Assembly (NCBI GenBank): GCA_036742645.1 | Contig: DAINQQ010000001.1 | Location: 4,760-68,759, forward strand | DNA length: 64,000 bases | Direction of reading: 5' to 3' | Origin: Flavitalea sp. | GTDB lineage: Bacteria > Bacteroidota > Bacteroidia > Chitinophagales > Chitinophagaceae | Shown: positions 1 through 8,811 of the stretch, piece by piece | How positions within the stretch are numbered: the stretch's first letter is position 1 | Layout of the letters: each line of letters starts with the position of its first letter | Notes under the pieces: model-generated | The model's input: only the letters and a program-made list of their open reading frames with translations | Told to the model about the DNA's origin: nothing | Database searches by the model: none | Made by a program: the position numbers and the translations under genes

Positions 1-85
1 TCAGATTACGACTAAGATCAAAAACTCGTTCAACAGGGGCAGCAATAAACGTGGTTAGGTGGATTGTGGGCATAGGAATTGGCAT
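1..85 (-). CDS. 5' fragment of a CDS leaving the window; its N-terminus weakly resembles SRPBCC/cyclase-dehydrase-type proteins
   Basis: Manual minus-strand translation from ATG at 85 (alternative ATG at 73) gives MPIPMPTIHLTTFIAAPVERVFDLSRNL. The frame is open to position 1. It is absent from the ORF track because it is truncated. Confidence 0.35.
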   Translation of the reverse strand, partial: MPIPMPTIHLTTFIAAPVERVFDLSRNL

Positions 86-157
86 GTAAAATGTTATCAA
101 AAACTTTGCCCCAATTACTATTCACGAAGTGAATTTTCGAATTTTACGAATTAATAC

Positions 158-1243
158 TTAACTGAATGGGAACTTTACGACTTTGGCTTCTAACAATTTA
201 TCCCTGACGCGGACATAGATACTAGTATCGAGGTTCGCATGGTTGATATCAACGTATCCTATCCCGATTGCTTTTTTCAGGCTTGGAGACTGCGTTCCTG
301 ACGTCACCTTTCCAATGACAGTGCCTGTAAAGTCCTTGATCTCGTAATCATGGCGGGGTATTCCCTTTTCTATCATTTCAAAACCCACCAGCTTGCGCGA
401 CATTCCTTGCTTTTTCTGCTCTTCCAGCATCGATTTGGCCGTAAAGTCTTTCGTGAACTTAGTGATCCAACCCAATCCCGCTTCAAGCGGCGTCGTGGTA
501 TCATCGATATCATTGCCGTACAGGCAATAGCCCATTTCTAAACGGAGCGTATCGCGTGCCGCAAGGCCAATCGGTTTTAAGCCTTCCGCTTCGCCAAGTT
601 GGAAGATCGCATTCCATATTTTTTCAGCAGCCCCGTCTTTGTCTTCAAAATAAATTTCAACACCACCCGCACCTGTGTACCCTGTAGCACTAATCAGGAC
701 ATTTTCAATCCCGGCAAAAAGTCCTTTTTCGAAAGTGTAATACTTGAGGTTAAGAATATCGATCGCTGTTAATGGCTGTAAAATTTTGGTGGCGTTTGGA
801 CCCTGGATCGCGAGCAGGCAAGTCTTGTCGGACACATTATGCATTTCCGCTTTGTGCTTATTGTGTGAAACCAACCAGTTCCAATCTTTGTCAATGTTTG
901 AAGCATTCACAACAACCATGTAAACTTTGTTTTCTTCAATGCAGTAAACCAACAGGTCATCAACGATGCCACCTGTGTCGTTTGTAATGCAGCTATACTG
1001 CGCCTGTCCCTTTTTCAATTTCGTAGCGTCATTCGTGGTAACCCGCTGTATCAGTTCCAGGGCATGTTCGCCTTTTAATATGAATTCACCCATATGGCTA
1101 ACATCAAATATCCCAGCATTCGTGCGAACACTATGATGTTCCTCATTAATGCCTGAATAAGAAATCGGCATATTATACCCAGCAAATTCAGCCATCTTTG
1201 CCCCGAGGGCAATATGCATATTAGTGAAAGGCGTGCTCTTCAT
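158..1243 (-). CDS. gcvT: Glycine cleavage system aminomethyltransferase (T protein)
   Basis: 361-aa ORF. The N-terminus (TPF..MH..LGAKM.EFAGY.MP..Y), the FDVSHMGE motif and the overall length are typical of GcvT. Confidence 0.95.
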   Translation of the reverse strand: MKSTPFTNMHIALGAKMAEFAGYNMPISYSGINEEHHSVRTNAGIFDVSHMGEFILKGEHALELIQRVTTNDATKLKKGQAQYSCITNDTGGIVDDLLVYCIEENKVYMVVVNASNIDKDWNWLVSHNKHKAEMHNVSDKTCLLAIQGPNATKILQPLTAIDILNLKYYTFEKGLFAGIENVLISATGYTGAGGVEIYFEDKDGAAEKIWNAIFQLGEAEGLKPIGLAARDTLRLEMGYCLYGNDIDDTTTPLEAGLGWITKFTKDFTAKSMLEEQKKQGMSRKLVGFEMIEKGIPRHDYEIKDFTGTVIGKVTSGTQSPSLKKAIGIGYVDINHANLDTSIYVRVRDKLLEAKVVKFPFS

Positions 1244-1269
1244 GTTGCATTTTGAGGGGCAAAAGTAGC

Positions 1270-1471
1270 AATTTGAAAATTTGAAATTTAAAAATGGGTT
1301 AGGACAATTTGAAGATTTGAAAATTTGCAGATTTTAGTGCCAGCAATTAACGAGTAGGTGTGTAAAGTCCTTGCCGACTGTTTATTTTCAAATTTTTCAA
1401 AATTGAACCAAGGCTCTCACATTGGATCCAGAAGGCGCCTTCCCGGCAGTTCACTTTCAAATTTTCAAATT
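1270..1471. repeat. Nested inverted copies of an ATTTGAAA-based intergenic repeat
   Basis: 1270-1286 AATTTGAAAATTTGAAA is the perfect reverse complement of 1455-1471. An inner imperfect pair is 1305-1328 / 1385-1405. The 18-mer AATTTGAAGATTTGAAAA at 1306-1323 recurs at 51906-51923 and, reverse-complemented, at 21903-21920. Confidence 0.7.
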
Positions 1472-1562
1472 AAAAAGAGGCCCATCTCTTTCGATCTGGA
1501 CCCCTTTGTTCCAACTTCAACCCAGTATCAGCCTGGATTCACCAATGACTTTGGGTTAGAGC

Positions 1563-3815
1563 TTATCGAAACAAGCCATAAAAAATGCTTAGGTGTGAAC
1601 TTAATTCTGAGGAAACCTTTTGTATGTCCGTGATAGAAGATTCGCTGGTGTTGCCATCTCCCTCATAAATTGTTTGCGATCTTGTTATAACAGTGTCTAT
1701 TGTGACTTTTGGTTTTGAAGTGTCTTTTCTTTCACGGAACCGATATTGAGAATCGTTGTTATTGAACTGACCTTCTGCCTCAACATCCACTTCGCCATCC
1801 CTGATCCTGAGTTTGAATCGACCTTGTTTTAATTCCCCCTGGTCCAGTTTATCAACTCTTTCGAGTCCGTCAGGTGTCATAATATACTCCCTGTTGCTTT
1901 CCCAATGGTACGCATGATCCCAGTTTTCATCCCAATCAAAATTCCACCCTCTTCTGCGATTGTAGTTTACATCGAACCATTCGAAATTACTTATGCTTCT
2001 ATCAACCTGGATGCGTTTGCCAACTGGAATTTCAACAACTACCAAGACCTGCTGGTTACGGAATTTATCATCGCGGCTCACCGCAAATCCCTTTGGCAAC
2101 ATAAGAACGCTGTCTTGCTGGGTTATATTAAACTGAACTTTTTCGGCCAATCTTCTTGCTACATCCGGATTATTCCCACGACTGAACCGGACTTTGTAAA
2201 TGTGATAAGAAGAATCTTTGCTCTTCACGAGATTAATCCTCACGTTATTCAACATCAATGTATCCTGGTTGATGCCATATACCGGCCAGTCGTCATCTCC
2301 TTCAAACCCAAACCAATCGCCGCCGTAATACCTGATCGGACTGCTCGCTACATCGAGATATAATTTTCCTGCAGGAGGTTGTGTGAAGCTGACCATTTCC
2401 TCTTCAATGCCGGATTTTGTTTTATAATTGCGTGCGAATAAGCCACCGAGTATGATAGCACTCACCAAACCGATCACCCACAAACTTCCGAATACATATC
2501 CCAGGTAGTGGTTCTTCGAGCGAACACCCATGATCCGTCTGATCAACCATGTAATTAATGCGACTATCGGCACTCCAAAGAATAAAAACAAGGTAGACCA
2601 CGCCAGTGCATTTTGCCAGAAGCCTGACAATACGAAATTCTTCAAGGGAAACACGGCAAAACCTCCAAACAATAATCCTAAGAAAACACCGAATAAGCTT
2701 AATGCAATCACTCCCGCAATAAATAGAAAGAATGCTTTAAACAATACCCCGATAACATGACCGCATCCACTTTGCGTTTGTCGAAGGGCCGGACCAGTTT
2801 CGGCCACATATGTTTTCGCTGTTGTGCTGGCTGATTGTCCGAACTCCTTTGCTTTTTCACCCCATTGCTGCGCAGTTTCTTTTACTTCGCTACCCCAGGT
2901 TTGAGCCTTCGATTTAAAACTTTGAATGTCTTCCTTTACGGTATTCCGGATTGAGTTCAAATCCACTCTTTCTCCCCGCATTTCCAACTTTTCCGCAGCT
3001 GTAGTGGCAATAGGAACTGCTATCCATAAAATGATATAAGTAATAAATAACGTGCTCCCCAGCGAACTTGTAATGACCTTAGGTCCCCACCAAAAATCCA
3101 TATCATTCCACCAAAAATTGAAGGGACCGGAAATCAGGCCTATAATGAGAGGGAGTGCAAATATCAACCTGGGAATCCAAGGGCTGATATTAAAATATAC
3201 TGCCAGTCCTCCACACACACCACCAATCACTTTATCATCTGTGCTGCGATATAATCTTTTGGTGATATTTGATTGCACAGATTTCGAAGGAACGATAATC
3301 CACAATAATATATACACCCAAAACAGCGCTCCGATCAATACGACGAACACAATACGCATGATAACCGGGTCAATGCCGAGGTAATTCGCCAATCCACTAC
3401 ACACGCCACCGAGTATTTTATCATCAGCATTGCGATATAGTTTGCCGCGGCCGGGGCTTGATGTAGTGTAGGTATAGCCCCCTTGCGACTCTTGCTGTGT
3501 ATAAGTCTTTCCTCCCTGGGCGGATGTAGTTGATGCGATCGTTTCTGCTTCCTGTGCATCAAAGTCTTCAGGTCGACCCATTCCGGTAATTACAATGTTC
3601 ACATCTTCGTCGGTGATACACGTAACACCTTTTTTCAGCCGTTCAGAAAATAATTCAGCAATTCGGCTCTCAATATCATTGATGATCTCGTCTCTGCCTT
3701 CTTCATTAATAAAGTACCTGCGTAAACTTTCTATATATTGTTTCAACAATTCATAGGCAGTCTCTTCAATGGGAATCACCCTGCCTTGAAAGTTTATATT
3801 GATAACCTTTTTCAT
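1563..3815 (-). CDS. PspC domain-containing membrane protein (two PspC domains)
   Basis: 750-aa ORF with two PspC-type motifs (ILGGVCSGLANYLGIDPVIMRIVFV and VIGGVCGGLAVYFNISPWIPRLIFA) and multiple TM segments. It lies directly downstream of a PadR gene, the usual Bacteroidota arrangement. Confidence 0.85.
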   Translation of the reverse strand: MKKVININFQGRVIPIEETAYELLKQYIESLRRYFINEEGRDEIINDIESRIAELFSERLKKGVTCITDEDVNIVITGMGRPEDFDAQEAETIASTTSAQGGKTYTQQESQGGYTYTTSSPGRGKLYRNADDKILGGVCSGLANYLGIDPVIMRIVFVVLIGALFWVYILLWIIVPSKSVQSNITKRLYRSTDDKVIGGVCGGLAVYFNISPWIPRLIFALPLIIGLISGPFNFWWNDMDFWWGPKVITSSLGSTLFITYIILWIAVPIATTAAEKLEMRGERVDLNSIRNTVKEDIQSFKSKAQTWGSEVKETAQQWGEKAKEFGQSASTTAKTYVAETGPALRQTQSGCGHVIGVLFKAFFLFIAGVIALSLFGVFLGLLFGGFAVFPLKNFVLSGFWQNALAWSTLFLFFGVPIVALITWLIRRIMGVRSKNHYLGYVFGSLWVIGLVSAIILGGLFARNYKTKSGIEEEMVSFTQPPAGKLYLDVASSPIRYYGGDWFGFEGDDDWPVYGINQDTLMLNNVRINLVKSKDSSYHIYKVRFSRGNNPDVARRLAEKVQFNITQQDSVLMLPKGFAVSRDDKFRNQQVLVVVEIPVGKRIQVDRSISNFEWFDVNYNRRRGWNFDWDENWDHAYHWESNREYIMTPDGLERVDKLDQGELKQGRFKLRIRDGEVDVEAEGQFNNNDSQYRFRERKDTSKPKVTIDTVITRSQTIYEGDGNTSESSITDIQKVSSELSSHLSIFYGLFR

Positions 3816-3838
3816 TATATATAATTTGACGGTTGAAG

Positions 3839-4234
3839 TTAGTTGATGTTCGTTTCAGGTTTAGGTTCGATGGAGTTGTTCTCGTTTGCAGTGGATACCA
3901 GCGAATCCTTCTTGTTAGCGAGCGCATTCACTGCGTTGGCCAGCTCATTCCATGTTGCTTCCAATTCCCTGTAAAAATCTTCGCCCTTAACCGTTAAGGA
4001 AAAATATTTACGTGGGGGGCCTGAATTGCTTTCCACCCAGCGGTATGTAAGCATATCGGCGTTTTTTAATCGTGTAAGTAAGGGGTACAATGTTCCTTCA
4101 AGTATCTGCAAATTCGCACCCCGCATCTCATCTACTATATCGCTGGGATAAGCCTCGCCCCGGCGAATGATTGACAGGATGCAGAATTCCAGAATCCCTT
4201 TTCGCATCTGGCTCTGTGTGTTTTCAATGTTCAT
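3839..4234 (-). CDS. PadR family transcriptional regulator
   Basis: 131-aa ORF with the winged-helix signature KGILEFCILSII..GEAYPSDI..L..GTLYPLLTRL typical of PadR. Confidence 0.9.
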   Translation of the reverse strand: MNIENTQSQMRKGILEFCILSIIRRGEAYPSDIVDEMRGANLQILEGTLYPLLTRLKNADMLTYRWVESNSGPPRKYFSLTVKGEDFYRELEATWNELANAVNALANKKDSLVSTANENNSIEPKPETNIN

Positions 4235-4466
4235 AACTGGGATGCTTGTGATTTAATAATTTTTCAATCTCTGGCACAAATATAGAGATATATTCAGTAC
4301 TATGCAACACAAAGTACCAAACAAATAAAGGTAATTCCCATAAACGACTAATGAGCTTTGCCTGAAACAGGCGCCTACACTGGATTTGATTAAAAAATTA
4401 CCTTAGCAAATCCCGTCCGAATGCTTTGATGAACGGTCTAAATCAGGGATAAATAAATGGTCTCCA

Positions 4467-5411
4467 CTACTTCTTAAGCCCGATTTCGCGCAGACGCTCG
4501 TCAAGATATTCCCCAGCAGTTGCATCGGGATAGGCCTTTGGATGGCTGGTATCGACGCAACTTTCAAGACATGCGAGGTCCATCTGACTTTTAGGATGGA
4601 GAAAAAATGGAATTGAGAAGCGGGAAGTGTGCCACATCTCCCGCTGAGGATTCACCACCCGGTGGGTGGTTGACTTAAGCCGGTTATTTGTGAGCCGTTG
4701 TAGCATATCTCCGACATTAACAACAATTTGCTCGGGTAGAGAGGTTACTCCAACCCATTCGTTTTGTTTGGTCAGTATCTGCAAACCATCAGCGGAAGCT
4801 CCTACCAAAAGTGTGATAAGGTTGATGTCTTCATGCTGCTCGGCCCGAATAGCGGATTTCGGCTCTGAGATTATTGGCGGATAATGAATAGCCCGAAGAA
4901 TAGAGTTGCCGTTATGAATGTGCTCATCAAAATACTGCTCGTCAAGACCCAGGTAGAGGGCAATTGCCTGCAATAACGCTTTTCCGGATTTTTCGAAAGC
5001 CCGATATGCTTTTTGGAAAGTGGGATTAAATTCTGGAATATCACCAACCTGAACGTTATCGGGATATTCTTTTTTTATCGGGTCGTTGTCATCAACCTTT
5101 TGACCATATTGGAAAAATTCTTTGAGATCCGGTGCATCACTTCCTTTAGCATGCTCTTTACCGAAAGACGTGTAGCCGCGTTGTCCGGCCAGACCGGATA
5201 CTTCATACTTTTTTTTCGTGTCGGAAGGCAGCGAAAAAAATCGCTGAACATATTTATAGAGATCTCCTATCAGGTCGTCGGGAATGCCATGATTTTTTAC
5301 TGCAACAAATCCAACATCTTCGTAAGCCTTTCCTAACTGCTGCACAAATGATTGTTTACGCTTTGGATCTCCTGACAAAAAATCGGCTAGATCAACGACT
5401 GGAATACCCAT
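4467..5411 (-). CDS. 2OG-Fe(II) oxygenase (isopenicillin N synthase-like family)
   Basis: 314-aa ORF. The N-terminal non-haem dioxygenase region is IPVVDL..GFV.V.NHGI. The H.D...H facial triad region is AEQHEDINLITLL ... TTHRV. Confidence 0.85.
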   Translation of the reverse strand: MGIPVVDLADFLSGDPKRKQSFVQQLGKAYEDVGFVAVKNHGIPDDLIGDLYKYVQRFFSLPSDTKKKYEVSGLAGQRGYTSFGKEHAKGSDAPDLKEFFQYGQKVDDNDPIKKEYPDNVQVGDIPEFNPTFQKAYRAFEKSGKALLQAIALYLGLDEQYFDEHIHNGNSILRAIHYPPIISEPKSAIRAEQHEDINLITLLVGASADGLQILTKQNEWVGVTSLPEQIVVNVGDMLQRLTNNRLKSTTHRVVNPQREMWHTSRFSIPFFLHPKSQMDLACLESCVDTSHPKAYPDATAGEYLDERLREIGLKK

Positions 5412-5472
5412 GACGCATCGTTTTCGATTAATGAATAGTGATTAGATTTACCGGATAAAATTAGAATATTTA

Positions 5473-6513
5473 ATGCAAAGAAGTTTTTTATTGCTACTCT
5501 TTACTGCCCTCATCTTATTGCATTCATGCGCTCCAAAATACCAAAAGTATACTAGTAATTATCAGTTCCCTATATCTCAACAACCAGATTATTCCGATAT
5601 TAATTTCTGGGCTGCACATCCAAATAAACACGACCCGTCTGATAGTGTGCCCGCGCCATTGAAAAACAATTACAGGTACGATTCCACAGTGGATGTTTTC
5701 TTTCTGCACCCCACTACTCTTACCCAACAAGACACGAAGGCGTGGAATGCCGATCTTACAGACGCAGGCATCAATGCAAAAACAGATTATAGTACGATAT
5801 TATACCAGGCAAGTGCCTTTAATGAATACAGGGTTTTTGCGCCAAGATACAGGCAGGCTCATTTACGTTCATATTATTCTGGCAGCAAGAATGCTTCCAA
5901 TGCCTTTGATACTGCGTACGAGGATGTAAGGGCGGCCTTCTTGTATTACCTGGCTAACTACAACAATAATAGACCTTTCATCATCGCCAGTCATAGCCAG
6001 GGAACAACACACGCCATGCGTTTATTGAAAGAACTTGTTGAAGGCAAAACCGTTTCAAATCAACTTGTAGCTGCCTACCTGATCGGGATGTATATTCCAA
6101 ATAACTATTTCACTTCGATCCCAGTCTGCAGGGACTCTGTTCAGGTTGGGTGCGTATGCGCGTGGAGGAGCTTTCAAACAAACTATCTTCCAGCATTTGT
6201 CAAAAAGGAAAAAGAATTGAGTCTTGTCCTGAATCCATTGACATGGACTACCGAAAACATATATGCACCAAAAACGATGAATAAAGGTGCCGTGCTCCGC
6301 AACTTTAATAAAGTCTATTCCGGAGTCGCAGATGCAAAAATCAATAGTGGTGTTTTATGGATAACAAATCCAGACTTTCCCGGCAGCTTCTTTATTCGTA
6401 TAAAAAATTATCATATCGCCGACATCAATTTCTATTACTTAAATATCAGGGAAAATGTGAGACAGCGTGTTGAATCCTTCAAAGTAAAAGCCCATGCACC
6501 TGATCAAAAATAA
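5473..6513 (+). CDS. DUF3089-type alpha/beta hydrolase-like lipoprotein
   Basis: 346-aa ORF with a signal peptide and lipobox (LLHSC) and a nucleophile-elbow-like SHSQG. The overall pattern matches DUF3089 as I recall it. Confidence 0.7.
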   Translation: MQRSFLLLLFTALILLHSCAPKYQKYTSNYQFPISQQPDYSDINFWAAHPNKHDPSDSVPAPLKNNYRYDSTVDVFFLHPTTLTQQDTKAWNADLTDAGINAKTDYSTILYQASAFNEYRVFAPRYRQAHLRSYYSGSKNASNAFDTAYEDVRAAFLYYLANYNNNRPFIIASHSQGTTHAMRLLKELVEGKTVSNQLVAAYLIGMYIPNNYFTSIPVCRDSVQVGCVCAWRSFQTNYLPAFVKKEKELSLVLNPLTWTTENIYAPKTMNKGAVLRNFNKVYSGVADAKINSGVLWITNPDFPGSFFIRIKNYHIADINFYYLNIRENVRQRVESFKVKAHAPDQK

Positions 6514-6524
6514 AAAACCTGGAC

Positions 6525-7070
6525 TCAATTTTTTTTATTTACCATAACCAATTTTTCGGCCTCACTAATGTTAACTATTGCATAATGGGGAACTTCGTTG
6601 ATTAACATTTCATCCAGGATATTAATTACATTCTCGTACTTAGAATCTTCGGAAGGTTTTATTATAACCATCAGTTCTTTTCTGTCACCAGGCTTTTTAT
6701 TGTCAAGCGCAATTTGTTTTGCCCGAATGATGTTTCCGATACCATTCCTTAATGAGTAGTTTGTATATCCATACATTCCATTTTGCATTGCCAGATTGAA
6801 GGAGCCATGATAATAAAATATTTTATTGTTATTTCCTGCTAAAACCGTGAGAGCAGTACTCTCTCCAATCGTTGAGCTATCACCCTTCTCAGTGGGCATA
6901 TACAAATCCATTGCCTTTGGCATCGACATATGATAAGTAAAAATGAAAAAAGTAATCAGTAAAAACCCGAGATCAACCATTGGGGTTAGGTCAACCCGTG
7001 TAGATAATTTTTTAGAGCGTGCAAATCCCTTATGCCGGTTTGCCCCGGCACTGGTGTTAATTTCCGCCAT
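6525..7070 (-). CDS. exbD: ExbD/TolR family biopolymer transport protein
   Basis: 181-aa ORF with the ExbD N-terminal signature VDLTPMVDLGFLLITFFI. No exbB or tonB is adjacent. Confidence 0.8.
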   Translation of the reverse strand: MAEINTSAGANRHKGFARSKKLSTRVDLTPMVDLGFLLITFFIFTYHMSMPKAMDLYMPTEKGDSSTIGESTALTVLAGNNNKIFYYHGSFNLAMQNGMYGYTNYSLRNGIGNIIRAKQIALDNKKPGDRKELMVIIKPSEDSKYENVINILDEMLINEVPHYAIVNISEAEKLVMVNKKN

Positions 7071-7093
7071 TTTTTTATACGAATTTTTGACAC

Positions 7094-7123
7094 TAATTAG
7101 CGCTAATTAGAGCGAATTAACGC
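7094..7123. repeat. Three tandem 10-mers (TAATTAGCGC / TAATTAGAGC / GAATTAACGC)
   Basis: Read directly from the sequence. A related imperfect palindrome, GCGTTAATTT-gctc-AAATTAGCGC, lies at 7268-7291. Confidence 0.6.
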
Positions 7124-7186
7124 TGATGACATGATGATAAAAGAAGATACTCACTCCTATAGAGTCCTTTGCATTTAACATTCCAT

Positions 7187-7209
7187 AAAAAAAGACGATT
7201 ATGCGTCTT
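7187..7209 (-). terminator. Intrinsic terminator candidate downstream of asnS
   Basis: The stem is AAGACG / CGTCTT (7192-7197 / 7204-7209). It is followed on the minus strand by a U-run (plus-strand A-run 7187-7193). Confidence 0.5.
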
Positions 7210-7329
7210 GATTAATTTATGTACGAATCAAATCAAGCTGATCGCCGTGTTCTGTGCGTATTCATTCGCGTTAATTTGCTCAAATTAGCGCCGTCGTATT
7301 ACCGCCCTGCAATCGAACACCCTTCGCGT

Positions 7330-8769
7330 CTAGAAGTCCGCATTCTTTGGTGTTCTCGGAAACGCAATTACATCACGGATATTCGTCATGCCGGTAACAA
7401 ACTGAACCATCCTTTCAAACCCCAGTCCAAATCCCGCGTGAGGAACCGTTCCGAAACGGCGCGTATCAAGATACCACCACAATTCTTCCACCGGAATATT
7501 CATTTCCGTCATACGCTGTTCAAGCCTTGCTAATCTCTCTTCACGTTGCGAGCCGCCAACAATTTCGCCAATACCTGGAGCAAGGATATCCATCGCCGCT
7601 ACTGTTTTGCCGTCATCGTTCTGGCGCATATAAAATGCCTTGATCTCTTTTGGGTAGTCCGTCAGTATAACAGGTTTCTTAAAATGTTTTTCAACGAGGT
7701 ATCGTTCGTGTTCGCTTTGAAGATCCACACCCCATTCTTCGATTAAATACTGAAATTTCTTTTTCTTATTATGATTGCTGTCTTTCAGGATTTGGATTGC
7801 ATCCGTGTAGGTTAGTCGCTCGAAATTATTGTTCAGAACAAACTCAAGTTTTTCAATCAATCCCATCTCACTTCGATCCTGTTGTGGTTTTTGCTTCTCC
7901 TCATCTGCCAGTCGTTGCGCTAAAAATTCCAGATCTTCTTTATTATGTTCGATAAGATGCCTGATGATGTATTTGATAAACTCCTCGGCAAGATTCATAT
8001 TATCTTCCAGGTCACAGAAAGCCATCTCAGGTTCTATCATCCAGAATTCCGCGAGATGGCGAGCTGTATTAGAATTTTCAGCACGGAACGTCGGTCCAAA
8101 TGTATATATCTCACCGAACGCCGTTGCTGCAAGTTCTCCTTCTAGTTGACCGCTGACCGTGAGATTAGTAGCCCTTCCAAAGAAGTCCTCTTTAAAATTG
8201 ATGGTGCCATTCTCAGTACGAGGAAGATTATCGAAGGGAAGAGTCGTTACCTTAAACATTTCTCCGGCGCCTTCTGCATCACTGGCGGTTATTATCGGAG
8301 TGTGCATATACACAAACCCTTTATCATTAAAGAACTTATGTACAGCAAAGGCTAGCGAATGACGGACACGGAATACAGATCCAAAGGTGTTGGTACGAAA
8401 CCGCAGGTGTGCTTTCTCCCTCAGGAATTCCAGGCTATGTTTTTTGGGCTGAAGGGGATATTTTTCTGCATCTGAATCGCCCAGGATCTCAACGTCAGTC
8501 GCTTTTAATTCAAGCTTTTGCCCTTTGCCTAAGGAAGGAATAACGGTGCCCGTTACTTTTAGGGAGGAACTGGTGGTAATGCGTTTCAAAAACTCATCGT
8601 CATGTTGATCCAGGGCAATAACAACCTGCAAATTTGTATTGGTCGACCCGTCGTTCAAAGCAACGAATTGGTTGTTGCGGAAGGTGCGCACCCAACCCAT
8701 TACAGTAACTTCCTGGTTGTTGGGTTCCCAAGTCAGTAATTCTCTAATCTTCACTCGCTTATTGAGCAT
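7330..8769 (-). CDS. asnS: Asparagine--tRNA ligase
   Basis: 479-aa ORF with an OB-fold N-terminus, class II aaRS motifs ([13 protein letters not shown]) and the C-terminal [10 protein letters not shown] typical of AsnRS. Confidence 0.95.
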   Translation of the reverse strand: MLNKRVKIRELLTWEPNNQEVTVMGWVRTFRNNQFVALNDGSTNTNLQVVIALDQHDDEFLKRITTSSSLKVTGTVIPSLGKGQKLELKATDVEILGDSDAEKYPLQPKKHSLEFLREKAHLRFRTNTFGSVFRVRHSLAFAVHKFFNDKGFVYMHTPIITASDAEGAGEMFKVTTLPFDNLPRTENGTINFKEDFFGRATNLTVSGQLEGELAATAFGEIYTFGPTFRAENSNTARHLAEFWMIEPEMAFCDLEDNMNLAEEFIKYIIRHLIEHNKEDLEFLAQRLADEEKQKPQQDRSEMGLIEKLEFVLNNNFERLTYTDAIQILKDSNHNKKKKFQYLIEEWGVDLQSEHERYLVEKHFKKPVILTDYPKEIKAFYMRQNDDGKTVAAMDILAPGIGEIVGGSQREERLARLEQRMTEMNIPVEELWWYLDTRRFGTVPHAGFGLGFERMVQFVTGMTNIRDVIAFPRTPKNADF

Positions 8770-8811
8770 ACACCAGTTTTAAAGTGCGGCAAAGATAATC
8801 CCCTGACAGCA

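Noticed and set aside
6525-7070. Orphan exbD without exbB or tonB considered as an anomaly
   Set aside because: Bacteroidota carry multiple exbD paralogues, some of them isolated. There is nothing in the sequence to suggest a special role.
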